64,000 bases of DNA from the human T2T-CHM13v2.0 reference genome, Homo sapiens (GCF_009914755.1 NC_060931.1); one strand, 5' to 3'; numbered from the stretch's first letter, positions 49,152-63,676 are shown. The notes: generated by a model not told the origin, from the sequence alone. Translations and numbers: made by a program.

Positions 49152-50283
49152 TTTGATATCCATAGAAATTGTTTCTTTAAAAAATCATTAGTGTCATAAA
49201 ATTACAACAAAATGGTTTACTCTAAAAATAAAGTTTCTGCTACGTATCTTTTCTTTTCATCACAGATTAGTTTAAAATCCTAATTAGAATAAAGTTTTCT
49301 AGAGCTAGCTTCATTAATAATGATAATAATAGTAAAAGCCAACATTCATTAAGCACTTACTATGTGCTAAGCCCTTTTGTATTATCTCATTTAATCATCA
49401 CAACAACCTTATTCTTTTCTGTCTTATAGTTAGGGACACTTATGAGGCACAGGAACCCTATTCCTTATCTATGAATTGGTATTCTTTAAAAAAAAATTCA
49501 GGTGAGGCAAGGGGAACATCTTTCTAAATCACTGAGAGCTTTTCCCTAATTAGCTTGAAAAAGCTGAGGAGGAAATTATTTGAAAAGGTTAGCACAGAAG
49601 AATGGCCGTCCTTGGAATTTTCTCTCATAAACACCTTTCACAGATTAGGCTAATAAGGTTTCTGGGAGTCCTCCTCTCAGGAAATCTGAATGCCTGACTG
49701 ATCCAAGCTGACTGGGGTCAAATCATTCCTCACTAGGGGAACACATTGGGTTTTGGACTCAGAACCCCACTTTTCTCGGAATGCTGAAGGCCAAATACCA
49801 TTCACAAATGATTTGCAGCAGAATATTGCTTGTGTATGAGATGCAGTGATTTTTGCCACCAAGAAGTTATAAATTGAGAAAATAAACCCAGTTATTTTTG
49901 AAGTAGTTTAAGATATTTTTAATGTGAGGGCTTGGGTTTTTTTTTTTTTTTTTTTTTAAGTTTCTTTAGAAACAGTTTGCCTGCTATAACTGCATCTCAA
50001 AGGAAGGTACATTCAATAGAGAAGCTTGGGTTCAGAGGTCTCAAAGGGACCTTAGAGGACATTCAGTCCCACCCCCCTTTCTTTAAATATGGGCAAATAG
50101 GCCAAGAGAAGTGAAACGACTTCCAAAGGGCATAGATCAAAATGTAGGAAGCTGACTCAAAGTGCTATCCTGCTCCTTCCAGTACCCAGGTTGTCCTGGA
50201 TATAAGCCCATCTAAGCATATCCACCCATGGATCTAGCAACGCCTTCTGAACCCAGGTGATGACAACATTCAAAAGTATTTGG

Positions 50284-50593
<310 letters not shown>

Positions 50594-50636
50594 TTAGCTA
50601 TAATTTAGCTAATTTTAGATGAAATAATAACAATGA

Positions 50637-51144
<508 letters not shown>

Positions 51145-51209
51145 AAACCAAAATAATTCTTATTTCACATTTCCAGCCTAACTTCTCTTCCTGAGTTTAG
51201 TCTATTAAA

Positions 51210-51700
51210 AATATATGACACCAATGTTCATAGTGGCATTACTCAAAATGGCCAAAATATGGAAACAACCCAAATGTCCACCAACAGATAAGTGGATAAC
51301 AAAACGTAGTATATATACACAATGAAATATTATTCAGCCTTAAAAAGGAATGAAGTACTGATCCATGCTACAACATGGATGAGCTATGAAGAGATGCGAA
51401 GTGAAATAAACCAGATACAAAAGGATACAGATTGTATGACTCCACTTATATGAGGTATCAGAATAGGCAACTTCATAGAGACAGAAAGTAGAACAGTGGT
51501 TACCAGGGCTGAGAGGAATGGGGAATGGGGAGTGATTGCATAATGGGTACAGAGTTTCTGACTGGGATGATGGAAAATTTGGGAAATGGAAAGTGATGAT
51601 AGTTGTGTAATATTATGAAAGTACTTAGTGCCACTGAATTGTATACTCAAAATGGTTAAAATGATAAATTTTATGCTATGTATATTTTACCACAAAAAAA
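51210..51700 (+). mobile_element. L1MB-type 3'UTR fragment
   Basis: aatgttcatagtggcatt...ggaaacaacccaaatgtcca...tatattttaccac + A tail. Confidence 0.82.
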
Positions 51701-51726
51701 AAAAAACATCAAAATCGGAACCACCC

Positions 51727-52107
<381 letters not shown>

Positions 52108-52694
52108 TCATTCCCATTAAAGCCGAATTTCTTCTCAAGACCTGCTTAAAGCCAACAGTGTCATGGACAATCTACATACATTCATAAGCACAGGTACACA
52201 GCCACACACAGGCTACTTTGTGTCCTGCAGTGACCCATCCACAAACATGTATCCGTCCCAGGACTTTGTTGATCACTCCAAAAAGAGGGCCCATGGCAAG
52301 CATTACTGGAGATCCAGGTAACCAAATAAACACCCTGTCTCAGCTCAACCCTTCAATTTCTCACCATGGGGGAATACGTATTCAGTATATAGATATTTTA
52401 TCTATAAAGAAAACTGCATGCATATATACCAGAAAGACCATCAGGAATTGCTCACCCAAGTCTGTTCCACCAGGCCTGTGAACAAAGAGATTTCAGCCCA
52501 TATATGGCTATTTTGGTGAAGTTAGCAATTTCAAGTTACACTGAACAGTGGGTGTCCTTAATGCAAATATGTATAATTAGGAGCTAAATCTTCGTACCTT
52601 TATAGGACAAAGGACCTAATAAGCGGGATGTACCACCTGTGACTTCTGAGGAAAGGAGAGCTTTTCATTTTTTCTTAAAAGAATCCGTTTCTCA

Positions 52695-53099
<405 letters not shown>

Positions 53100-54661
53100 T
53101 CACCCAGACCTGAGAGGTGACAATCCTGTGCTATACCATGACCTTTACTCAACTTTAATTTAAAGATTTCCACAGCCTCATCATCTTTTATGGACACGTT
53201 GCCAGTAGCCTGATAACTGGGTCTTGCAAGCACTTAGAGATCTCAAGAGTTTGTGTGTGAAGAAAAATAATCTCTAGTGATGCTTCCCACTGCCAACACA
53301 CATGAACATTTAACACAAATAAGCTGCCACTTGTAAGAAGTCCACTTGACATCAATCCCTCGTGCATCCTGAAGACACATGTCAAGATCACACTAAGATA
53401 TTTAGAAGCAAACATCTTTAGAATAATGTTTTGTTCCCAAAGTGCTTAATTAGCAGAAACATTATGCTAGGGAACTGTCCTTGAATATGTACGCATTTTA
53501 ACCTTCATGTTATTTTTTCTGAAGCACAAAATTTCCTCTCAGTGGATGGTCAGGAAATGATTGGGCACAGAAAACCAACCATCTGAAGTGTTGATTCATA
53601 AAATGAGTTCCATCTTTCCACGCAGGCTTCAGCTGCCTTCCAGGGTGACATCCCTTTTTATGAGGGGGACCATTCTTTGGCATCTAATGGCCTTTTCTCC
53701 ATTCATTTGGGATGACCAATGCACCTATGGCCTACTTATGTCTGAACTCTTTCAATACCACCAACCTCTTCTGTCCCCTTGTGCCATCTTCCCACCCCCA
53801 ATTTCAGCCAATTATGTTTATAAGACATCAGTTAGTGAATCACAATTCAAATGAATCCACCTATTTGCTTAGCAGCAAGTGGCCCCCGGAGTTGCTCCAT
53901 TTGAAGCCCATAGGCCAGAGTTACATACGGCAGGCTTGCAAATGAGAACAGGATATGATTTATTTATGACGACCATATGTGTTTGATGCCCAATTGCAGC
54001 AGGTTGTGGCTTCTCTTGCATATCTTGGTCTGGGATGACCTATCTACTCAGTGTGTCCCATTTCAGGTACCGTATTTCCATGCTGGGAAAAGAGAGATGA
54101 TGACTGCTGAGGGGCTGCACATACAGATGCTCCTAACCCTGCTTGCCACATAACAATCTGTGACCAAATGCAAAGTGGGCCAAATGTAACTTGCTGCAAA
54201 GGTTTGCCATGTACAATGGTTTTCAGTGGTGAGTGGAGAAGTAGCTGCTGGAATGACTGACCATGTGGGGTTCATTAAGCTGTTGTGCATTCACCCACGA
54301 GAAAGGCTGGGATGCTTGTGAAGGGAACTCCACTCTTCATTTCAGAAATTTTAACGTCCCACCATTTGGCAATGATGCTCCCAAGGAGAATGGCAGATAT
54401 GCATCAGAAGGTTCAAACGTGGAGTCCAACTGAAGTGCAGTAAACTTCTGCCTTCAACAGTCTCACCCCCCTTTACCCCCCCCCCCCAGTTGTATTTATA
54501 CTTTGAAAGAAGTTAACATGAAGCAGTAGTCACCTGGGCGTGCTCAATTTTTGACAAGCCTTAGTCACTCTGTACCCAGCAGAACAATTCACATTATATT
54601 CGAAATCCTGTGAAGATTCTGCCACACATGCTAACACTAAAATGCCAGTAGCTCCACTTAC

Positions 54662-54730
54662 CTTCTTTATTAAGCCTCATAACCTCCCTGCTTTTTCCAC
54701 CCTCTTTTCCAGCCTCTTCTAAATCTACAT
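54662..54730 (-). CDS. ATXN7L1: ATXN7L1 coding exon 2 (69 nt; (N)[22 protein letters not shown](D)), phase 1-1
   Basis: Long polypyrimidine tract and acceptor ...TCATCTGCAG| at 54731. Donor GAAG|GTAAGT at 54662/54661. Continues the exon 1 frame and resembles ATXN7 'KEFGKNREVMGL'. Too short to appear in the ORF track. Confidence 0.95.
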
Positions 54731-55227
54731 CTGCAGATGAAAAAGAAAAGGAAAACAGAAAATAAGGAAAAAAGGGGGGAAAAAAGCCAAAGTCAAGGGG
54801 GGAGGGAGAGTGTTTATTTGCAAACAGATCGATATAAATACTGTATATGAAATTCTTTCAAAAATTGACAATGCAACATTTTCTCCCAAGTCTGGGTTTC
54901 CATCTACCTGGCCCAGATAGGTACCCAAAAAACTATGCAAGCAGCAACAAAGTAGCCTTTTAAACGGACAACACCGTGGGGCTGCGAGCCCACCCCGCGG
55001 GCTGCCACGGGGAGCCGGGCACAGACAGACAGACAGCCCTGGCAGCCGGGCCTCTCCCTGTGCATTGATGATCTGTCTCTGTGTGTATTTATTTAGAGAG
55101 AGAGGGAGAAGCATGGAGGACACCGGGGGCCACTCTCTCTCTCACACACACACTTTTTCCCAGTGGCTCTAGGTGAATGGAAAGGTTACAGGATAATAAA
55201 AGGAGGAGGAGGTGGTGGGGTTCTTAC
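54731..55227 (-). other. ATXN7L1: ATXN7L1 intron 1 (497 nt, GT-AG)
   Basis: GTAAGA...CTGCAG boundaries between exons 1 and 2. Confidence 0.93.
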
Positions 55228-56400
55228 TGTCGGAGCAGTGTAATTTGGCGGCGTCGATCCAGGAGGACCAGGGTTTGCCCAGAAACGCCTCCGGACTGGG
55301 CACTTTGCGATCCAGTGTCGCCATTGCTCTTCCTTCTTGTTGCTTTTTCCCTGTTCCTTCGGCAGCAGCAGCCGAGAGACACGGGATTCGAGAACGCTCC
55401 GACGTCATCTTCGGAACGTTCCGACATTGAGTGTTCTGAAAGGGGGAGGGAGGGAGGAAGGGCGGGATGGGAGGAGGGCGGCGGAGGAGGAGGGGAGAGG
55501 GAGCGGAGGAGGGGCGGGCGCTCGGGCTCCCGGAGCCGGCTCGGTGGGGCTCGCGCGCCCGCGGCCGCCAGGGGCAGCAGAGAGGCACCTGCAGTCCGCG
55601 CCCGCCCGCCCGCCGGGGGCCGCCCGCCTGCCGGGGAGGGGCAGCGCGGACGGGCGAGCGCCGCGTGCGGGAGAGCGAAGGCTGCAGCGCGCCCGGCAGC
55701 CGGGATGCAGCGGCGCCGCCCAAGCCTGGGGCGCAGGGGTCGGGGCACACGGGGATAGGCCCGACGCGGGGCCGAAGGAAGGGTGGTCTTTCCCGCAGAG
55801 TTGCCGCTGGAGGACCGAAAGTTTTGCAGGCAGCCCTTGCTTCCAGCTTGTCGCTCTCTCCCCGCGTCCCTGTCGCCCAACGCGAGGCGCCCCCGCTGGG
55901 GTCCCGACGGCTTGGTGGGGAGGAGCCGTGAGGGGTTGCGCCCCCCACCCCCACCCGAGCCAGGGAAGGGACCCTGGTGACCTCGCCTCCCAGCCCTCAC
56001 CCCCGTCACCCCTTTCTTCTCTTTCCTGGAGGACTTTGGACCATGGAGATTCTGCAGTTGTTGCTCTAGGAGCTGAAACCAGTGGGTAGATGTCGTTCTG
56101 AAACGCAGGTGAGTTTGGAGCGCGACGAGCTACCTTCCCATCTCAGGCTGCGGGGCGTGCAAAACTCAAAAGTTAGGGCCCCCGGACCCCCGGGTTCCCC
56201 GCGCGGTGCGTATCTCCGGCTCTCAGAGAACCACTGCATGGACTTTGCTCCAGGGTCAGCAGAGCGGGAGGGCGAATTTACGGCTCTTGGAAGACGACGC
56301 TAACGGGCCTAGCCCCTGAGCCGTTTCCAGCGCTCCCTGCCGTGAGACGAGGGTGGCCCGGGTTTGCGCAGGCAACCTTTGGCCAGGAATCTGATTCCTG
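54960..56400. promoter_or_regulatory. CpG island / ATXN7L1 promoter, probably bidirectional
   Basis: Very GC- and CpG-rich compared with the flanks. GC boxes (GGGCGG at ~55460 and ~55512, CCGCCC arrays at ~55598-55626). CRE-like TGACGTC(G) at 55400-55407 on the minus strand. Overlaps exon 1. Confidence 0.92.
55228..55408 (-). CDS. ATXN7L1: ATXN7L1 coding exon 1 (181 nt; [60 protein letters not shown] + 1 nt)
   Basis: The minus-strand translation is recognised as the ATXN7L1 N-terminus, with the ataxin-7 family motif PSPExxLGxxWxxW. ATG at 55408 (AAG ATG A). Canonical donor GACA|GTAAGA at 55228/55227. Lies inside a CpG island. Confidence 0.96.
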
Positions 56401-57949
56401 GGAGAATTCACTTCAGGCTTAACTGCTCTAGCCAGCTAGAAAGGGAGCGCTAGATTTCCTCTGGATTTTGGACGTTGGGTGCTTTAGTTGAGATTTTCAC
56501 CCTTTAAAGAAGGCTTTAAAAAGTCTTCTGTTACTTCTTTTTAACAAATCCTTTTGTTTACTAGAATTATCTAAACTATATGGACACCGCCCTCACCCCA
56601 CAAGCGACATATTTTTTTTTCTCTTTCGCCAGCACCCTTTTAGCTCTCACCACTGCTGTTTCCCAAGTTGTCACAGCTGAAGCGCACTGATTGGAAGTTG
56701 CTTTGTACTGACTGAGTTCTGCCCTGGCTGAGCCATCTAATAATTTCCCTGAGCTTGGCACCCTGTATCGCTAAGCCAGTGTTAGGATGGGCGATGAAGG
56801 AGGAGCTGCGGATTTGCCTTTAGTTGTGATGTTTGTGTGAGTCGGCTTGTTTGTGTCAGACTCAGATAAACTGCATTTGCCTTTGCTCTCTTTCGAAGGG
56901 CTCCTACATAGCTAAGGTGTCGCTGGGTGAAGAATTCCCATTGTAAGAATTGGTGGTGTTAACAAATATGTATTACTTGTTGACCTCTTGTTATATGCTA
57001 GACCCTGGGCTTGACATTTCCTTCCTTCCTTCCTTCCTTCCATCTGTCCATCTTAAGTCAACCAATATTGCCTGTCATGGAACAGCTGTGCCCTCCTGTC
57101 AGGAGGGAAAGATGAGTGAGACCCATCCTCACCCTCACAGAGATGCAGTCTGGTGGTCTCTGGAAGAAGGAAGTTGTGAAACTTACCGATTCCTTGGGAA
57201 AACAGGCAGGTACACAGGGACTGGCCTGTGCAGTGGGTGGGGTGGTCTCTCAGCTGTGCCAGTTCATAGAGGAACCGAAATCTAGTTAGGAGTGAACAGA
57301 AACTGCGTAACAGAAGATGGGCTCTGCTCTGCATCTTGGAAATTGCCAAAGATTTGTAATGGTAAGGTGAAGACTGGTCTTGCGGAGGGAGGGGGAATAA
57401 TGGTATTAGCAGAGGCTTCAAGCTGAGTATAAACATGGTGTGTTTGGGTGTTGAGCATGGTTTGCCTGGGATGGAGAATTGTTACTGGGGGCTTGGGGGT
57501 GATGCATTTTGATACCCAGGCCTGGATCAAATTATGGAAGGCACCAAACGGCAGCCTAAAGAGTCTGGATTTTGTTTGACAATGGGGAGCTACTGAAGGG
57601 CTTTCTGTACCATAAAGATAAGTTAAAAGTGTGAGTTAGAAAGATTGGAGTACGGAGCCTGGTTAGAAAAGTAGTGCTGCAATATTCATGGTGTGAAGAG
57701 ATGAAAGCCTGAACTTTGGTGGTGCTATGCAGGTAGAGAAGAGGAGACAGGTGTGAGACTGTGAAGAGAGCACCTGATCAGAGGGTGTGCTGTTGGGCTA
57801 GATTTAGAGGTGGGGAGAGAGAATGCGAGAGCTCTGAGGCATGAGTAATTAGATGCTGGAACACTTTCCCTTTCCCTTCTGCTTCCCTATTTTCCCTCTA
57901 TTTATTATCTATTTTGATGTTTATTCCTGTGTTGTTGTGCATGCAAGGA

Positions 57950-58330
57950 AAGTGTAGGCAGCAGCTAATGTGGCCCCAAAGGTCTGTACCTCCTGGTGTT
58001 CATGCCCTTGTGTAATCCTCTTTTCTTTAGTGTGGGCTAGACTTAGTCACTTGCTGATAACAAAGAGAATATAGCAAAAGTGGTGGGATGTCATTTCTGA
58101 GGTTAGGGTACAAAACTGCTGTCACTTCTGTTGCTCTCACTCTCTCTTGCATGCCCTGTCTTGCTCTAAGGGAAGCCCACTTCCATGTTGTAAGCTGCCT
58201 TATGGAGAGGACTGTGTGGCAGGTAACTGAGGGAGGCCTCTGGTCATCAGCCAGTGGGGAACTGAGGCCCTCAATACAACAGCCAGTGAGGAGCTTAATC
58301 CTGCTAGTAGCCATGTGAGTGGGCCACTTG
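57950..58330 (+). mobile_element. MLT1(F/G)-like MaLR LTR fragment
   Basis: ctcctggtgttcatgcccttgtgtaatcc...gggaagcc...ccatgttgtaagctgccttatggagagg...gaactgaggccctc. Confidence 0.75.
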
Positions 58331-61061
58331 CTGGGAGTCAGTGACTTGAGCTTCCAGAATGCTGTCTCCTCTTCTGGGAGCTACTGTAAACCACTCAAAA
58401 AAATCAAAGGTGGCTTATCATCAGAAGTCAGGACACCTCAGTTATAGTGAAGCAAATCAGTGGTTCCATATTTTAACATGAGCTTACTTTCCCAGCAGAG
58501 TCTGTCAAGTGGAGGTTACTACACAGGACCTTGAAGAGAGTCTGACAGCCCAAATATTATTTCCTTCTATTTGGGATGATTTTACTCCACAGTACGGTAA
58601 ATTGTGGGCTAGAATCTAAAAGTGATTTAGCATCTCTACAAAAGAAGACTTCACAGGCATTGCCACATTTAATTGATAACAGAGTATGTCTACATTGTTG
58701 CAGTTAGTTATGGAGTATAATTGTAGAGTTGCTTTACTCTAAGCCTTCTCCAGTCTCTCCATTGACTATAGACATAATAATACTGACTTGTTGAAACTAT
58801 AACCCATCTATGACTGTGTTGGATAACATGACTGTCAATCAAATTGCATAACTGAGAGGCAGAGAATAAAGAAAGCATCGCTCATCAAACTACTAGACAT
58901 TTGCACTTGACTTTGGATGAAAATTGAGGTCAGTTGGAAGTAGTGTTCAGGTTTACATGCTTTGTATGTATTATATACATATCAATACTCATATATCAAC
59001 TATATATGGTGATCGATTTATTACAGAATTGAATTCCTTTTGGTAGTAAATAATTACAAATGCTGTTAGAGGCAACAAGAATCTAATACATCCTTAATAA
59101 GGATAAAGTGACCTGTAAAACAGTAATTTAAAGCATATTAGTATAATGTCTATGTGATAAAACTATCTAGCAAAGGCAAAACACCCTCTTCCCCTCATGA
59201 TTAATGTTTAGGAAGAAAAAAGGATGTAAATATTTTTATTGTTTTATTATCTTTCTTAGGAAAATGACAGTGTGGTTGGTTTAATTAAAAGGGAGAGTCT
59301 CCCATAGACCAAATAAAGAAATCTGTTCTGTTTTAATGACAATGGAAAATACCTATTTAACTTGAATAACACCTGGTTCTGTAGAAATGTGCATCTATTA
59401 TGTATCCTGCATTCACTTAGTCTGATTCATGTGCTGTTTCACCACATTACTGAAAAGAAGAGAAGAGGGAATGTTAGCTCTCTCATTTGAGGATATTAAA
59501 CTCCTGCCGTGGTTGAGGCACGGTGTGAGCACCCTACTTCCTACCTAGACTGTTGGGAGTTACCTGGAGGCAATGAGGAGAAAATGACATGTTCCATTAG
59601 AATGAGGCATCCCCGGAATTATTTGATGTTCTTTGCCTTAATTGAATCCATCTGTCCCATCTGCCACTCTTCTCTCTAAATTTATTTCCCTAACCCTTTC
59701 TCCCTGAGAATTATAATTTGGGGGAAATTTGTTACCTACATTGTTACCTTTTATAAAAGCTCTCGGCATCTGGAGGGCAGGTGTGCCTTCTACTCTGCCT
59801 TGCTAGACAACTTTACCTGCCTCTTTCCTGCCCCTTGCAGGCTGCTGGATTAAAAACAGGACTGGATAAAAGGCCCCCAGTAGCAACAGGAGTGGGAACG
59901 AAAATAGAAATTCCAGGCTTTTACTTATTGGTTTCAATACAGAGCCCTAGCCATGTGCCAGGCCTGGCTAACCGTGGACTCTATTAATAAATATAACTAC
60001 ACAAACATTTGCATTCTGACTGGGTCAGAACAGCCAGCACGGGAGTGTGTTATCTCAAGGGAAAGCTGTCTTAAAACTCTTGACTGATTCACCTGTGACT
60101 TTGGCCAGTTGGTGCTCCCTGGAACTGCTCTGGTGCTGAAGGTTGAGGTCATCTCTGTTCCCCAGAATGTGGCAGATCCAGCCCCATTCCTGACCACTAT
60201 CCTTTGCAAGGACGAGACAGGAGAGATGATAGCTTCTCTTTAGGATTCTTGTAGAAATCACTTTTGGCCCTTAACCTACATATAAAGAAATTTAACATTA
60301 ATGTACACATATTGATTTGAGCAAAGCCCATCCATATCTCCAAACCTACCATTTACTATGGTGCAGGAGGCAGTACAGGGTGGAGGCCAGAGCATAGGCT
60401 TGAGATGGGCAGGTATGAATTAGAATTGCCCTTTAGTCATTTGCTTGAGAACCTGCCTTGATCCTTCTGAACCTCAGGCTCCTCATCTCTGAAATGGGTA
60501 GTAAAGCTCTTCTCTTGGGATTGTTGTGAGGATTAAGTGAGATTCTGGATACTGAGCCCCAGGCATAGGGCCTGGCACACAGTGGACAGTGGTTCAATGT
60601 TCACTGTGATGATTACTTCAGTTTCAGTGCATCGTTTAGACAGCAGCTGCCAGTCAGAGACAGGCTGACACTGACCTAGGAGTAGCTCCTCTGGTTGCTT
60701 CTGACAGACATCCTTCTGCTTAGAAAGGAAACTTAAAGCACTTCTCTCTTTTACACGGAGCTGCTGGCCTGCATCAGTTATGTGGAGGCCTCTGTCTGAA
60801 ACCTCTGCCCAAAACCTCCTCTTGACATATACATCATGGTAATATATAAATATACCTTTATTCAGGAAAGGTCCTAAAAGACCGTTTGCTATGCAGAGGG
60901 ACTGCAAAATCCAGTTTGGTTGCAGACAAAACTGCCTTTGCATGATGAGGTAAATAGTTGTCTTAAAACTAAGTAGAGTGTGATTTCTGCTTGTTATTGT
61001 TTTCTTTGAAAAATTTGTTTCTTCCATAAAAGAAACTTGACAGTGAATTTTGAAAATCATG

Positions 61062-61725
<664 letters not shown>

Positions 61726-62028
61726 TCATGAATAAACATGTTCTCCTCATGAGATAGTAAAACAATAGAGATAAGGGAGAAATATCCCCTTCAAATGTGG
61801 TCACTCCTGTACCCCCAGGTCTAAAGGCATTTTTCATACCATTTTCTACACATTTACCTACGGTATATGTCTGTCATTATGGGTGTAGATGATATTGCTG
61901 TGTGCGTTGTCTTTTTTTTTTTTCTTTTTAATGTGAATAGTATCACTTCACGGACATTTTTCTGTAATTTTCTTCTTTCACACGTGCTGTTAAATGTTAT
62001 TATGTGTGGAAATACCTCATTCTTTTAA

Positions 62029-62367
<339 letters not shown>

Positions 62368-63356
62368 TAAGTTGATAGACATTTAGGTTTCTAGTTTTTA
62401 TGAAAAATAGGTAGTCAACGTCTTTATTTTTATGTATGTTTCCTGGGCACGTGAGGAAGTATTACTACCCAGAAATAGAATTGCTGGGTATGTGCATTTT
62501 TAATTTTAATAGTTCTGCCAGATTGTCTTCTGAAGTAGCTGAGTAATTTATACTTCCACTAGCAGTACAGAGATGTGCCCATTTCCTTAATTAATGCTCC
62601 ACATTTTCAAACCTTTTAAATTTTGCAAATGTTATGAGTAAAAAAAATTTGATTTGTATTTCCCTCATTTGTGGTGTGTTTTTGAGCATTTTCCTCTCAT
62701 GTTCATTGTATTTGTACTCTGTAAATTGCTGTTAGTATCCTTTGATGATTTGTCATTGGTATTATTTAGAGCTGCTTATTGATTTGTAGGAATTCTCTAT
62801 GTATTCTCGATTTGGATCTTTTCTCTATTTGGAAACAATGTAATTTTCCACCTTGTTGCTTTTCTTCTTTTGACCTTGTTTATGGCATCTTTTCCACACA
62901 CGCTTTTTCTCCCCTTTGGAAATAGTCGACATTTCAGGCTTTTCCTTGAGGCCTTTTGTTTTCTGTGTCTTGCTTAAGAAGACCTTCACTTCCTCAAGGT
63001 CATAAAATAGTTTCTTATATTTTCTCTTTATGCTTTATAGGTGTTTGGTTTTTTATTCAGATCTTGGATCTTTTGGTTAATGATGTGAGGTAAAAAGTTA
63101 ATTTTCAATCTTTTTCCAAACAGTTACCATTTATCCTGAGAACCATATATTGAATAGTTTATCCTTTCTGTAGAGATCTTTCTTATGCTTATTTTCCAAA
63201 CACCTGGGTCTGTTTCTGAGCTCTTTTTCTGTTCATTGTTTGAACTGTTTCTTTTCCTGCACCAATTAATTACTCTTCTTTAAATAATATGCTTTGTGGT
63301 CTACAAAAAATCTTTTTCATTATAGATTTAGTAAATTCTATCTCTAAAAAATTATT

Positions 63357-63676
<320 letters not shown>

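Larger units (their letters stand above)
54670..55427 (-). other. Overlapping upstream ORF (86 aa when spliced; exon 1 55427-55228 + exon 2 54730-54670), starting [10 protein letters not shown]
   Basis: ATG at 55427, 19 nt upstream of and out of frame with the main ATG. No stop in exon 1. After splicing it reads ...[23 protein letters not shown] and stops at TAA 54672-54670. Translation is not demonstrated. Confidence 0.55.

Noticed and set aside
55169-56089. Several long overlapping ORFs (154-261 aa) on both strands across the CpG island
   Set aside because: Stop-poor GC-rich DNA with mostly GTG/TTG starts and low-complexity P/R/G/A translations. Only the ATG-initiated parts from 55427 and 55408 are supported.
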